Positions 12,290-24,035 of a DNA stretch of 64,000 nt are shown piece after piece (positions within the stretch are counted from its first letter, which is position 1; each line of letters starts with the position of its first letter). The notes under the pieces were generated by a model, which saw only the letters and a program-made list of their open reading frames with translations, made no database searches and was not told the DNA's origin. The stretch is from Octopus sinensis (Eukaryota): contig NC_043006.1 in assembly GCF_006345805.1 (NCBI RefSeq), positions 102,486,001-102,550,000 of the forward strand. The letters are read 5' to 3'. The translations under genes and the position numbers were made by a program.

Positions 12290-15200
12290 GTATGTCTCAG
12301 GAAAAGGTTGATTGATAAAAGCAACAAAACTGAAACTTCAAAGTCACTGTCAACCTTCTCCACATATAAAATAAAATGAAATATGGTAGGTCTGCTAAAA
12401 AAAAAAAAAAAAGTTATTCAATTAATATTTATAAATAACTACATAAAAAAAAAATAAAGCTTTATGCAAACAAAGACAAATGTCCATCCATCTGCAGAAT
12501 CTTGCCTCTGTATTTTGACTTCTGCCCTTAACTCCTGCCTTTGCTCTCTCTCTCTCTCTCTCTCTCTCTGTGAAGAAAGGGAAATATAATATAATATAAG
12601 GTCATTGTAAAGAGAAAAAAAACTAAAAAAGCAAACATCTTTGTATTGTGTTGAATGAGTTTCTCATTGACTTTTGTGCAGTTATGTTTTAAGAACTGAA
12701 ATTAACCTCTTCTGATAACCTATGCATAGTACAGATATTATTTACGGCAAATGACTAGACAGTTTTTTAGGTATCCTTGTTAATTTGAGTTCTGAAATAT
12801 CTAGTTCAACATAATATGAAACTATACCTCATAAAACACACTAATGCACTGTCATGTAAGTCGACCCCAGTTATTTGGAGTATTTTTTGTAGTGAATTAG
12901 GATGTATTTCTTCCATTTCTTTTTATTAGAATATATGGTACGAGACTTAAGACAGTAGATTTTGAAATTAGAGGAAAAGAAAAATGTATATGGCAGCAAC
13001 AACTGTGATTAGTGAACAATTAAATTAATGAGTTTGTTAAAATATATCACTGATGTTTTTGTTATTGATTCGTAAAAAAAATTCAAATGTCATTTCATAT
13101 TTGGTTTCTAATTATTATTAGATAAAATAAATTGCTTCGTAAAATCATCTCAAAACTTTGTTAAGTTTAATTGTAAAGGTGGCAGAACTGTTTGCACACC
13201 TGATAAAATGCTGTTAGGCATTTTGTCTGTCTTTGTTTTGGGTTGAAATTTATCCAAGGGATCAATGTAATTGACTTCCCCTACCCCACAAAAACTGCTG
13301 GTCCTTTGTCAAAATTTGAAACCATTAAGTTTAATTATATAAACTCAGTTTTCTTGTACATCTGCATGTTTATTAGAAAGCAGATATCATCTATCATTAC
13401 TGTACTTGATATTCTACTTGGACACACACAAAAGTCAACCATGGCCATCACCTGTCACCAGTTAGGACTTAGTTGTATGTAGTAGGGTTTCTCTAATTGT
13501 TTGAGGTGCTTATGTAGTTGTAAGCAGACAAAGACACCCTGTTGGCCCTCCCACTCCAGACCCGATAGAATATCGAGGCACTGAGGGCTGGAAAGAAAGT
13601 GTGGCTCCAGTAATTTGCTGGGGCTCACTTTCAGTTAAGCAGGTTGGAGCAATGTGAAAAAGTATCTTGCTCAAGGACACAGCTCAGGAATTGAACCCAC
13701 AACTTCATCAGAGAAATGTTAAGTTATAAAAGGTGTAAAGAAAACTTGTAAGGAAAGCCCAACATTATTTTGCATGATTAAACGACAAAAGAATTTTCAA
13801 CTACAAGAGATAGAATCTCAGTTGAGCATAGTTTCATCCTTTTGAAAATATATATCTATTAAAAAAGAAGTTAATTTTGTAATTGAACTTAGATTTTTTT
13901 TAATTATTGATTGATCCACCTCTCAGAAATATTGCTGTTCATTTTAAAATAATTCTGTACGACTCTATAGTGATTCTCCAAATTGGTTCCTCTATATGTA
14001 GACAAGGAAAATTTCAGTCTTGTACTGCAAACTAATGAAATAGCAGTTTACACAATGAAATATGTGTCTATGGAACTTCAACATCTTTTTCCATAAAGTG
14101 TTGTCTACAATGTCAGAAATGTTGGCCATTCTACTTTTACCATTGGTTTCTATTTCTGGCAAGTTAACAGTTTCATTTGACCTAATACTGTATTATTTAG
14201 CTCCTTCCAATACAATAAAACTCTAGGTGGATTTTTGTGATCAAAAACCTGCCGTTCTTACTAACAAGTGATGGTTAGAGTGTATGTGGATCTAGTTTTT
14301 TATCAAAGCGTTCGAAAGAGAATATTTTTAAATGTAAAAGTCTTATTTTAATGTCCACTTTTTCATGCTTGCATAGATTGAAGCTAATTTTTTATGGCCA
14401 GATATTCTTCCTGTCAACAACCCTCACCAGTTTCCAAGTAAGATAATGTTTCCCCCTCGGCTGGGACATATTTTTATGAAAGATTAGAAATGAACACCAC
14501 CACTTGAATACATACACGTATGACAGTCTTCTTTCAGTTTCCGTCTACCAAATCAACTCACAAGGCTTTGGTCAGCCTGGTGCTGTAGCAGGAGACTTTT
14601 GTGGTTAAGAAGTTCTTAACCATACAACCTTGCCTTCAGTAACAAGTACTATATAGTTACTAATGTATCATGGTTTTGTGTTGAGTCATCATACTGCATG
14701 ATAGGGGCAAAAGTCTATTAACTTGCCAGAAATAGAAACCAATAGTAAAAGTAGAATGGCCAACATTTCTGACATTGCAATGAAATAGCAGTGTCCTTAA
14801 ACATTTTGGAGTAGTTATCGTTCCTACACCCATGACACCAGTAAAATTGGCAAGAGGATGATAGGTCTGTTACCAAATATACATTTGTTTGCACTAGAAA
14901 CATCAAATGATCAAAGACAACCCACCACTCGGTCTCTCTGACAATCAAACACTCAAATGTTAAAAATGTTTTTTTTTCTATTCATCTTTTAGCCAGGTGG
15001 AATAATAGTGCACCTATGACCCCTTATAAGGTCTCTGAAAATGATCAGAAGAAGGTATCCATACACCAAGGACCTGGCCTAAATGAGTGTTAAATTAGAT
15101 GGCAGATTATATCTGCCAATGAAGTAAGACACAGCAGGATTTTACCAGGGCATTTAGTTGAACATTCTTACAACTCTGCCAATCGACTGCCTTGGACTGG

Positions 15201-16695
15201 TACTTATTTACTGACCTCGCAAAGATGAGGGGCAAAGTTGACTTCCATAGGATTTGAACTCAATGTGGTAGGAATCAGAACAAATACTGCAAAGCATTCC
15301 AACTCATGTTCTGACGACTGTCAATTCGCCCAGCTTCTATTTAATTGTTTAGCCGACAGTAGAACTTCCAGCTGCAGAAACATTGACTGAATACAATAAA
15401 ATTATTTCATATAAATGCCAAGAAATGTTTTACTATCGACATTTATAATTTTTAGTCAGAGTCAATAAAAATTATCTCCCTTGTACTTCATTTGTTGAAT
15501 GTCCGTTCCTTCCACCACAATCCCCAAATTCGGACAGGGAGTTATTCGAAGCAAGATTTTTGACAAGATGCTCCTACTGTGATCAAATCTTAGCATTTTT
15601 TCTTTTTCTACTAAGGGATTCTGTGCTTCAGAGGTCTTTATAAGCACAGAGCCACAGGTTTATAATGCCTGGAATATAATTCACGCACAAACAACAGGCT
15701 TTCTTAATTTCTGCCCACCAAATTCCTTGAGAAACATTGCTTGGCACAAGGCTACAGGATAACATACTTAGCCAGTGTTGCACAGTAGGACTGAACCTGA
15801 AACCACATAGCTGCAAAGAAAACTTCTTAACCACACAACCATGTTTGCATCTATTCCATATTTTTAAGTGCAGCGTGTGAACAATAGTGGAGATTAGGCA
15901 GAATCGTCAGCATGTTGGGCAAATTGCGTTGTGGCACTTCATCTGTCTATGTTCTGAGTTCAATTAAATTCAACTTTGCCTTTCATCATTTCAGGGTCGA
16001 TAAAATAAGTACCAGCTGAGCAAAGGGGGTTGATGTTATCGACTTATCCTTCCCCTGAAATTGCTGGCCTTGTGCTAAAATTTGAAACCAATATGAGAAC
16101 AATAGTGTTGATTCTATAGATTCCAACAGCTCAGTCATTGGTTCATTGCATGCCTAACGGCAAGAGTGACCAGGGAGTATCTCTAAATTGATAAAGAACA
16201 AATATCACAAAGGACTTCATTTGAAGAGCATCAGTCCTTTGCTTTTCATACAAATATTTACATCTTTTGACAAATGATATTCAACAGGCAGCTACAGTTT
16301 TCCCCAACCAAATTCCACTTCTATGGTACAGGACACTTGGACCATGATCACTACAAACGTTTGAGCCAACGGCAGAGTCTATGTGGAGGTATTTGGCTAG
16401 CTAAAAACAACAGTTATATCTCACTCAAAACAAGCCATACAGTCTCAAAAATGGAAGGATACATTAGATGAGTCCAAAAAGACAGGATGGCTTTTTTCAT
16501 AGGTCAGCTTGATTGGGGCTGATATAGAACTAAACAAAAAGGACATTGTTTCCAGTGAATTTTGCATATCTTCATTTCACCTCTCATCAGGAAATTGAAA
16601 ACAGAAATGTAGACCAAAATAATAGTTACCTTTTATTTTTATTAGGAAAAATAAAAAAATGTAATGTTGCATTCCTTAGAAACACCAGTTCTTTA

Positions 16696-16863
16696 TCAAC
16701 TTGTGGCACTGATTTCTTTCAACTTATGTTTTTCAAGATTTTTTACTCGCCAACTTTCCATCTCTATTAAATTCATGGCATTAAAAGATTTACCCAAGTT
16801 CTTCAAATCATTGTTACCATTCGTTTGCCATTGTACTCGGGCACAATTCTCATCAACAGACAT
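16696..16863 (-). CDS. SAT-like gene A exon 5 (terminal): MSVDENCARVQWQTNGNNDLKNLGKSFNAMNLIEMESWRVKNLEKHKLKEISATS*
   Basis: ttgcag acceptor in phase 0; aligns with the SAT1 last exon (C....N......K...A..L...E.WR); TGA at 16696-16698; total spliced CDS 522 nt, 173 aa. Confidence 0.9.
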   Translation of the reverse strand: MSVDENCARVQWQTNGNNDLKNLGKSFNAMNLIEMESWRVKNLEKHKLKEISATS

Positions 16864-17082
16864 CTGCAATGAGGGATGGAAAAGAAAAACAAAACAAATA
16901 AAAGCTATGACTTATGAAGATTTTGTTGTTAAATAATAATGCGCACATCATGAAAAATGAGATATTTTTCATGTATTTAATGTCCATTTTTCCATGCTAC
17001 CATGGACTGGATAAGAACTTATTTCAGGTATATTTTATGCCCTGATGCTATTTGTCTTGAACTCTTACTAGTTTTTCAAGTA

Positions 17083-17592
17083 CCATAAATCTTTGAGTAT
17101 AGTCCGCCCTTGAGTATAATATGCAGGGGATTTTTAGGGGGCTGTACCTCAGAAAAACCTAAACCTTGTGCATAATACGCACTCCTTCTCTAACCTGAGT
17201 TGTGCGTAATTAAGCCAGTAGCACCTAGTCGAACAAACACTTCCGCGCAAGCGTAATACAATAATGGTGATGTTCTTAACTGTTATATGGGAATGTAAAT
17301 ATGTTTGCAAATTGTCTTTGTTACATGTTATTCTGTGTTCTGAATACTTTTATTTTAATAAATGTTGCTTACTGCAAGTTATGGATGATTCTTTTATGAC
17401 TTCATTGCTTTCAGGCTTAGCTTAAGGTATTTTCGTGCCCGACATCACAAAATGCATTGCCGGACAGCAAATAGAGATTCGGACATTGCTTAGAAGATAT
17501 TTTTCCTTTTTAACCTTGTATATAGTACGCACTAGGGATTTTGACCTTTAAATTTTGGGGAAAAAATGCGGATTGTACTCGAAGATTTACGG
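17083..17592. mobile_element. pogo/Tigger-like MITE in gene A intron 4
   Basis: TA-flanked; TIRs CCATAAATCTTTGAGTATAGTCCGC ... GCGGATTGTACTCGAAGATTTACGG. Confidence 0.8.
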
Positions 17593-18898
17593 TATCTTCT
17601 CTTTTACTTATTTCAGTCACTGGACTGCAGCCATGCTGGGGCCTTGAAGTGCTGAAGAAATTGATCAGCCCCAACTACTTTTTTTTTTTAAGCCTGATTA
17701 CTTATGCTATCAATCTCTTTTGCTGAACTGCTATCTTACAGGGATGTAAACAAACCAGCACCTGTTGTCAAACACTGATGAAGAATAAACAAACTAAAGA
17801 AACACACACAATGGGCTTCTTTTAGTTTCCATCAACCAAATCTACTTGCAAAACTTTAGTTGGCTAGGGGCCACAATAGAAACAGTTACTTGCCCAAGGG
17901 GCTGCACAGAGGCTGAACTCAAGCCACATCTGGGATCTTTTTTATCCAACAAGAACTCAAAGGAATGGAGTAACCATTCATAGCACCAACATGGAATGTA
18001 AACATCAACACCACACCATTCTGGTGGTAACAAATGAAACTGTGGAATATCAACAGTCATGTACATTTGCATGTGTGCATGCACTCACACACACACACGA
18101 GATAAGCTTCTTACAGTTTCCATTGACCAAATTCACATAAGGCATTATTTAGCTTGGAAACTATAGAAGTACACTTACTAATGACAATATTTCTATTTGA
18201 AAAAAGGAAATCTTTCCTGAAATATTATAGGATCATTAAAACAACCTATATTAAATAAAACAGTATATGCACAGCATGGGATTGAACCTAAAACCACAAT
18301 TTTGAAGCTAACTTCTTAACCACAGTCATGCCTACGTAATATATTCAGTATATCAAATTGTTATATAGACATGCCCTTGGACAAGGTTATATTACCCATT
18401 TTGTCTTTCAAAGCGCAACCTGCACACCAAAGCTCCAAGGACAAGAGAGCTTATATAAGGGTCAAGTTCCAGAGTTTTATCAAAACTACCAACCCCTTGA
18501 TATAGCGGTCACCCTTCCCCACATTATAATTTCCTTCACTCATATCAATACTTCTCCTAAAATCATTCTTCTTCAAATTTGTTCCTGCTTCTATTCCTTC
18601 CCTATCAATATTTTGTCACAATACTGTTGTTCTACACACAGAAAGGAAAAAAAAAAGGAAAAACCCACCTCTTATATTAGGTGGCTAATAACATTTTTAT
18701 TTGAAAAGGACAAATATTTCCTGAAATATTATAGAATCATTAAAACAACCTATATTAAATAAAACAGTAGCCTTTCTCATTGTTTATTTGAATTACTCAA
18801 AATTTAAAAAAATTCTTTTTTCCGAACATATCATTTAAAAACGTACTGCAATGCTTTAAGCAAATTACAATACAAAGACAAAAAATAATTCTATTTAC

Positions 18899-19059
18899 CT
18901 TGCACAGGAAATGAAAGAGATCTTCACAGATGGACTCATATTCTGGTAGTGGTAACACGTACATGTCAGTTATTTCTATAGACTTGCTTTCCCATGTGGA
19001 GTATATGTAGTGGTAGAACATATATCCGACCAGTGGCCCCGTGCTTGGTCTGTTGTCTG
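18899..19059 (-). CDS. SAT-like gene A exon 4: ADNRPSTGPLVGYMFYHYIYSTWESKSIEITDMYVLPLPEYESICEDLFHFLCK
   Basis: ttctag acceptor, AAG/gtaaat donor; 161 nt; aligns with SAT1 [26 protein letters not shown]...KNLSQ. Confidence 0.92.
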
Positions 19060-19101
19060 CTAGAAAATCACAATGACAACTCAAACAATGAGCATGCAAA
19101 T

Positions 19102-19152
<51 letters not shown>

Positions 19153-19264
19153 TACATTGCTATTATTAAAGCTACAAAAACATTAAAAAAAACTGCTACT
19201 CAGAGTTTCATGTTCCTGTTCGTCAGAGAGTTAAGATTGAGAATTTTTGCAGCTTTGCTCATCA

Positions 19265-19745
19265 TTCATCATCATCATCGTTTTGCGTCCGTTTTCCATG
19301 CTAGCATGGGTTGGACGGTTCAACTGGGGTCTGTGAAGCCAGAAGGCTGCATCAGGCCCAGTCAAATCTGGCAGTGTTTCTACGGCTGGATGCCCTTCCT
19401 AACGCCAACCACTCCGTGAGTGTAGTGGGTGCTTTTTACGTGCCACCTGCACAGGTGCCAGACAGAGCTGGCAAACGGCCACGAACGGATGGTGCTTTTT
19501 ACGTGCCACCGGCACGAGGCCAGTCGGGGCGGCGCTGGCAACGGTCGCGAAACGGAAGGTTCTCTTACATGCCACCAGCACTGGTAACACATCTGCAATT
19601 TCCATTGATCGATTTCGATTCTGATCCTCACTTGCCTCAACAGGTCTTCACAAGTAGAGTTTTGTGTCCCAAGAAGGGAAGGTATGCATACGTAGGCTGG
19701 CTCCATCCCATGTAGAAGGCCACGGGTTATGGACTCACTTGTCAC
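19265..19745 (-). mobile_element. Short element sharing the RTE LINE 3' UTR and (GAT)n tail
   Basis: Homologous to 33740-34113; shorter copies at ~3010-3170, 7395-7520, 11520-11670, 24880-25147. Confidence 0.75.
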
Positions 19746-20210
19746 ACATACGACCAAAACGCCCCCCCATCCAATGGTCGGTGCTGAGTTGTCAAACATT
19801 TAAACCAAATTTTCTCAAAACAACTTGTCCGACTGTCCCATAGACCTCCCCTTTGAGAAACGCTGATTTAACCTAAATTTGAGACACCAGCAAAATAAGA
19901 AATAAAGATAGACTTTTTTCTATTCCAAAGAAAAATGATTTTCTTCACACAAATATGCAACCGAAGTTTTTCTTGCGTACGCATAGTAATGATCACAACA
20001 GCTGATGTACTTACACATACAAATGCACGTTCCCACGGCTTTATTGATCGCATTCTCACCTGGAATCGATTTTTGTAATTTTTTCAAGACTTATACACGC
20101 CCTGATACCGTCGGTATCTACATATGAAATCTGAGCACAATTGGATGGAGGATGCCCGAGATCCTAGAAGACACACTCACAGACAGACAGAACGGATTTT
20201 ATATAATAGA
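19745..20210 (-). mobile_element. Probable non-autonomous Helitron-like insertion
   Basis: Ends TTTTATATAATAGAT after an ACAGACAGACAG tract, like the other Helitron 5' ends; absent from copy B; left boundary uncertain. Confidence 0.45.
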
Positions 20211-20797
20211 TATATTAACAGAAGCTCAGCAAAGGAATGAATGGAAAATTCACATACAAGACATGGATGGTCTCTTTCCTTGTCAGTTATTATCCAAAAA
20301 GTCTTCATAATTTCATGCCCAACAGCAAAAAGCTGTGGATGGTAAGTAAATGTTCCTTAATGCTTAATTTTGCTTCAATCAGTCTTGAATGTGAAATAAT
20401 AATAGGAAGGTAATCCAGCTGTAGAACCCTTACCAGATCAGATTGGAGCAGTGAACGCTGAGGACAATCACGAAAACAAACACGACACGTAAATGTGAAT
20501 ATACAAACACACACTTCAGCAAGACACCTTCTCCTGTCCCTCTATCATAGTTTCATATCCCTTAATTATTATACCCCACTCAATTCAGGGGTCTTGTCTT
20601 GCAGGTACATGGTGACCTCACCAGTGAAGGGGTTATAAAAAAAAAAAATAGCACCCACTACACTCTGAAGAGTGGTTGGTGTTAAGAAGGTCATCCAGTC
20701 ATAGAATCCAACACAGACACAGTCAAGTCAGCTGCCAACACAGAGAAGTTGGCTGCCGAGACAGAGACAAGACGGCAACACTGAACAAAAACCTCAC

Positions 20798-20878
20798 CTT
20801 TTGAAGGATCTTTATGATTCCATTCAGCAACGAGGATATTAGATAAGTTCTCTCCATTGAAGCAGTGGGTTTTTAGAT
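20798..20878 (-). CDS. SAT-like gene A exon 3: DLKTHCFNGENLSNILVAEWNHKDPSK
   Basis: ttctag acceptor, G/gtgagg donor; 81 nt, phase 1-1; aligns with SAT1 DLLEDGFGEHPFYHCLVAE. Confidence 0.9.
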
Positions 20879-21371
20879 CTAGAATAAAGTAGACATAAAA
20901 ATATAACCATTAGTTGGCTTGTTTCCTCTTCAACTACTGTTACAATACAAACATCATCTTCATCATCATTTAACATCTGTTATTCATGGGTTGGACAGTT
21001 TGACCACGGCTGATTTGGCATGGTTTCTATGGCTGGATGCCCTTCCTAACACCAACTACTCCAAGAATGCAATGGGTGCTTTTACGTGGCACCAGCACAG
21101 GCACCAGTTGCATGACACCAGTATCTGTCATGACTAGGATTTCACTCGGCTTTATGGGTTTGCTTCTCAAGCACAGCATATTGCCAAAAGTCTTGCTCAT
21201 TTGTCATTGCCTCCAGGAGGCCCAACGCTCGAAAGGTGCTTTCTGTGTGCCAGTTATGTGATGCTGGCATCGGCAAGATTGCCTCCATGAGGCCCAATGC
21301 TCAACAGGTGCTTTTTACATGCCACCGGCACAGGTGCTAAATAAGCTAAATAATATCTTCTTTATAAAACA

Positions 21372-21728
21372 CTAGCAGTATCGCCCGGCGTTGTAAGGGA
21401 AATAACTATATAAGCATTTTTAGAGAGTTATAGCCAAAAAATGCATTAAAAATGGAAAAAAAATGATGGTAAATTTTTTTTTAAATCGTTGACTCATCAT
21501 AGACATTTTTAGAGAGTTATATAATATCGAAAAAATGCATTAAAATGGATAAAAATGATGGTAAATTTTTTTTTAAATCGTAGACGCGCGCTAATACCCA
21601 GAAGGGCTCGATATGAATCACGACTATAAGATACCCGGTTTTGGTTACACTGCACCGCAAAATGTGGGAGTAGTTAGGAATCTAAATCGTAGGAGACAGA
21701 CACACAACTTGACTTTTATATATAAAGA
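21372..21728 (-). mobile_element. Non-autonomous Helitron, same family, only in duplication copy A
   Basis: Reverse-complement termini TC...CTAG between A and T; empty site near 55230 in copy B. Confidence 0.8.
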
Positions 21729-22375
21729 TTATGGTTCAGTTTTAGTTTCCATCCTCTGTACCTCAATACAATCTTGCAAACCTTCCACCCACCCACTTCT
21801 ACACACCTCTTGTCTTGAACTTAATTCACAGAGCTTTCTGTGTATGTGGTATATTATGAAGAACTGCAACCAGTGGTGAGAAGCAGTGAGTCATGTCTAA
21901 CCAATGCCAACATGGAAAAGGTAGACGTAAAACAGGGACCATGAGGATACATAAATCAGATGAATTTTAACAAATGGAATTAACCCTTTTGCATTTAAAC
22001 CAGCCAAAATATTCTGCATGTTTTATGTTCAAACTGACTTGATCTGGCCTCTCACACCTACCCAACAATGTCATTCGAAAAATAAGCAATCACATTATCA
22101 AAGTTTGAGATAATGATTGATTAATTCAAAACAATGAAAATAAATAAGTATTACATTTGACAGAGTAGTCTGAATGCCAAAGTGTTAAATTCAGATCACA
22201 AAGAGTCAGAAATTCATACCAGCTGATTGGTCCAAATACACCAACCTTCATGCTTTGGTGACTAATAAGCAACCAAGCAACAAAACTAAATCTTCATGTT
22301 TGTAAATGCACCAATTATTATTTCCCATTCAAGACTGACTGGAGCAAAGTTAAGCATTAAGGAACATTTACTTAC

Positions 22376-22421
22376 CATCCACAGAAGGTGGCGTTCTCTT
22401 TTCTCCAGCTTTTACTCGTTC
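22376..22421 (-). CDS. SAT-like gene A exon 2: ERVKAGEKRTPPSVD
   Basis: tattag acceptor, G/gtaagt donor; 46 nt, phase 0 to 1 like SAT1 exon 2; duplicated at 57311-57356. Confidence 0.88.
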
Positions 22422-22479
22422 CTAATATAGAAAACCAAAATATATTCTTATTATAGAACATTAGTTATACATTGAACAA

Positions 22480-22700
22480 GTATGTACATACGAGTGTGTG
22501 TGTATATGTGTATATATATAGTTAATCCAAACAAGAAAACAAAAAAAACACAGCAACGCGAGGACGTGGAACAAATAAAGTATTATTGGACGCTCAGGAA
22601 AGAAGGGTTTAACGTTTCGAGCGGAGCTCTTCGTCGGAAACATAGATGGAAAGATCCTGAGAAGGGAAGACAGAGGAAAAAAAAGGGTGAAATATAATTA
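22480..22700 (-). mobile_element. Penelope-like terminal-repeat fragment with a hammerhead-like core
   Basis: Minus strand GUUU-CCGACGA-AGAGCUCCGCUC-GAAAC-GUU-AAAC at 22607-22641; a more degenerate relative near 52860-52900. Confidence 0.5.
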
Positions 22701-23719
22701 ATTTAATAAAATTAATAAATTTCACCTAGTAGTTTTATCGGTATGGAAAAGACCATAATTGGTAAGGATTATATTAATCATAATAAAGGGTTAATTGCAA
22801 CAAGTTGCTCAAAACCACATACCGAAAATATTAGAAATAGCAGCCAAATAGGTCACCATTTCTCCTACAAGTAAAAAAGTCTCCACAAACAAACAGAATT
22901 TGCAACCCGTATATGGCAAAGAGAAAGAAAATAACAAAATCACAGCCTATTTGGATTAATTATAGACGAAAATTCGTCGCCTGTCAAGCCGGTATAGTAG
23001 GTGAGTCTTTTTTCCCCTAGCATTTCTAGATTTATAGGAAATATTATATATATATATATATATCTCAATTCAGTTTGGTTATGGACCTTGTAGTTTGCTT
23101 TGTACAGATCATCCATGGGTATTGGTTACAAGGTGCAGTTTTACAATGAAAACTGACTGTTTTAAGAGCCATCCAGGAATCCTTGAATATCCATAGAGTA
23201 TGCTGTAAAAACCCATGTAATTTACGCACTTTTTTGCAAAAACAAAAACAAACTTTAGTGTGTGTGTAAATTACATGATTAATTAGTTTCCAGAATTTTT
23301 TAGAAATTCTTTTCTGTTGAAAAATGATGTACAAATGTAAACATTCATACCAGAAGTTGACTCATTTAATGTCAGAATAGGGTTTTTTTTTACAGAAAAA
23401 ATATAATGAAGTTGACTTATTTATGCTGGATGGTAAAATGCTTACTTTTTCAGTATAAATTTACTAAATGGTTAATTACTTTTTGAAGTTTGATGTTCAT
23501 GTTGATAATCATGGTCTGGGCCATATTTTACATTGCTTGGAGTTTCTACCTATCACAATAGAGCCCAGCAATTTCCTTAAATAGATCAGTTTTTCTCCGC
23601 TTAAGAAGTCTAGCTTGTGTTTGCCTCCACGAAGCTATTGCTCATTTTCTCCATATTAAGACAATGAAATTCATCACTGCCAACATCACCTCTACCAGCT
23701 CTTACTGCATCTAATGCTG

Positions 23720-24035
23720 ACACTGCTGAAACCTCCTTTGGTCATGACTGACCATGGGATTGCACCTAGAAAGTTACCCTCCCAGGCACAAGTCTGGGCA
23801 ATGTTGCTTATGGAAGACCAGCAGTCGCCCATACATACCAGCCTGCCCTCTCCATGCCACCAGTGTTATCCAACGGAAAAGCAAAGGTCGATACAGCTTG
23901 GTACCTGTGACGTCTACAGCTGAGTGAACTGGAGCAACATGAAATAAAATGCCTTGCTCAAGAACACAATTCGAACTCACAACCTCACAATCGTAAGCTC
24001 ACTGCTCTAACCACTGAGCCATGCGCCTTCACAAC
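23720..24035 (-). mobile_element. SINE in gene A intron 1
   Basis: GAAGGCGCATGGCTCAGTGGTTAGAG tRNA-like head on the minus strand; flanking GCTGACA repeat as possible TSD. Confidence 0.75.

Larger units (their letters stand above)
10890..22457. repeat. Segmental duplication unit A (exons 2-5 of SAT-like gene A plus ~6 kb of 3' flank)
   Basis: Collinear, same-orientation similarity to 47460-57400 through unique non-coding sequence, interrupted by copy-specific insertions; boundaries approximate. Confidence 0.9.

Noticed and set aside
18195-18770. ~75-bp direct repeat (18195-18267 and 18698-18768) in gene A intron 4
   Set aside because: Real but looks like an ordinary local duplication flanking an inserted segment; no functional signal.
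22960-23006. Possible plus-strand first exon ending TAG/gtgagt
   Set aside because: A good donor alone, with no downstream plus-strand exons identified.
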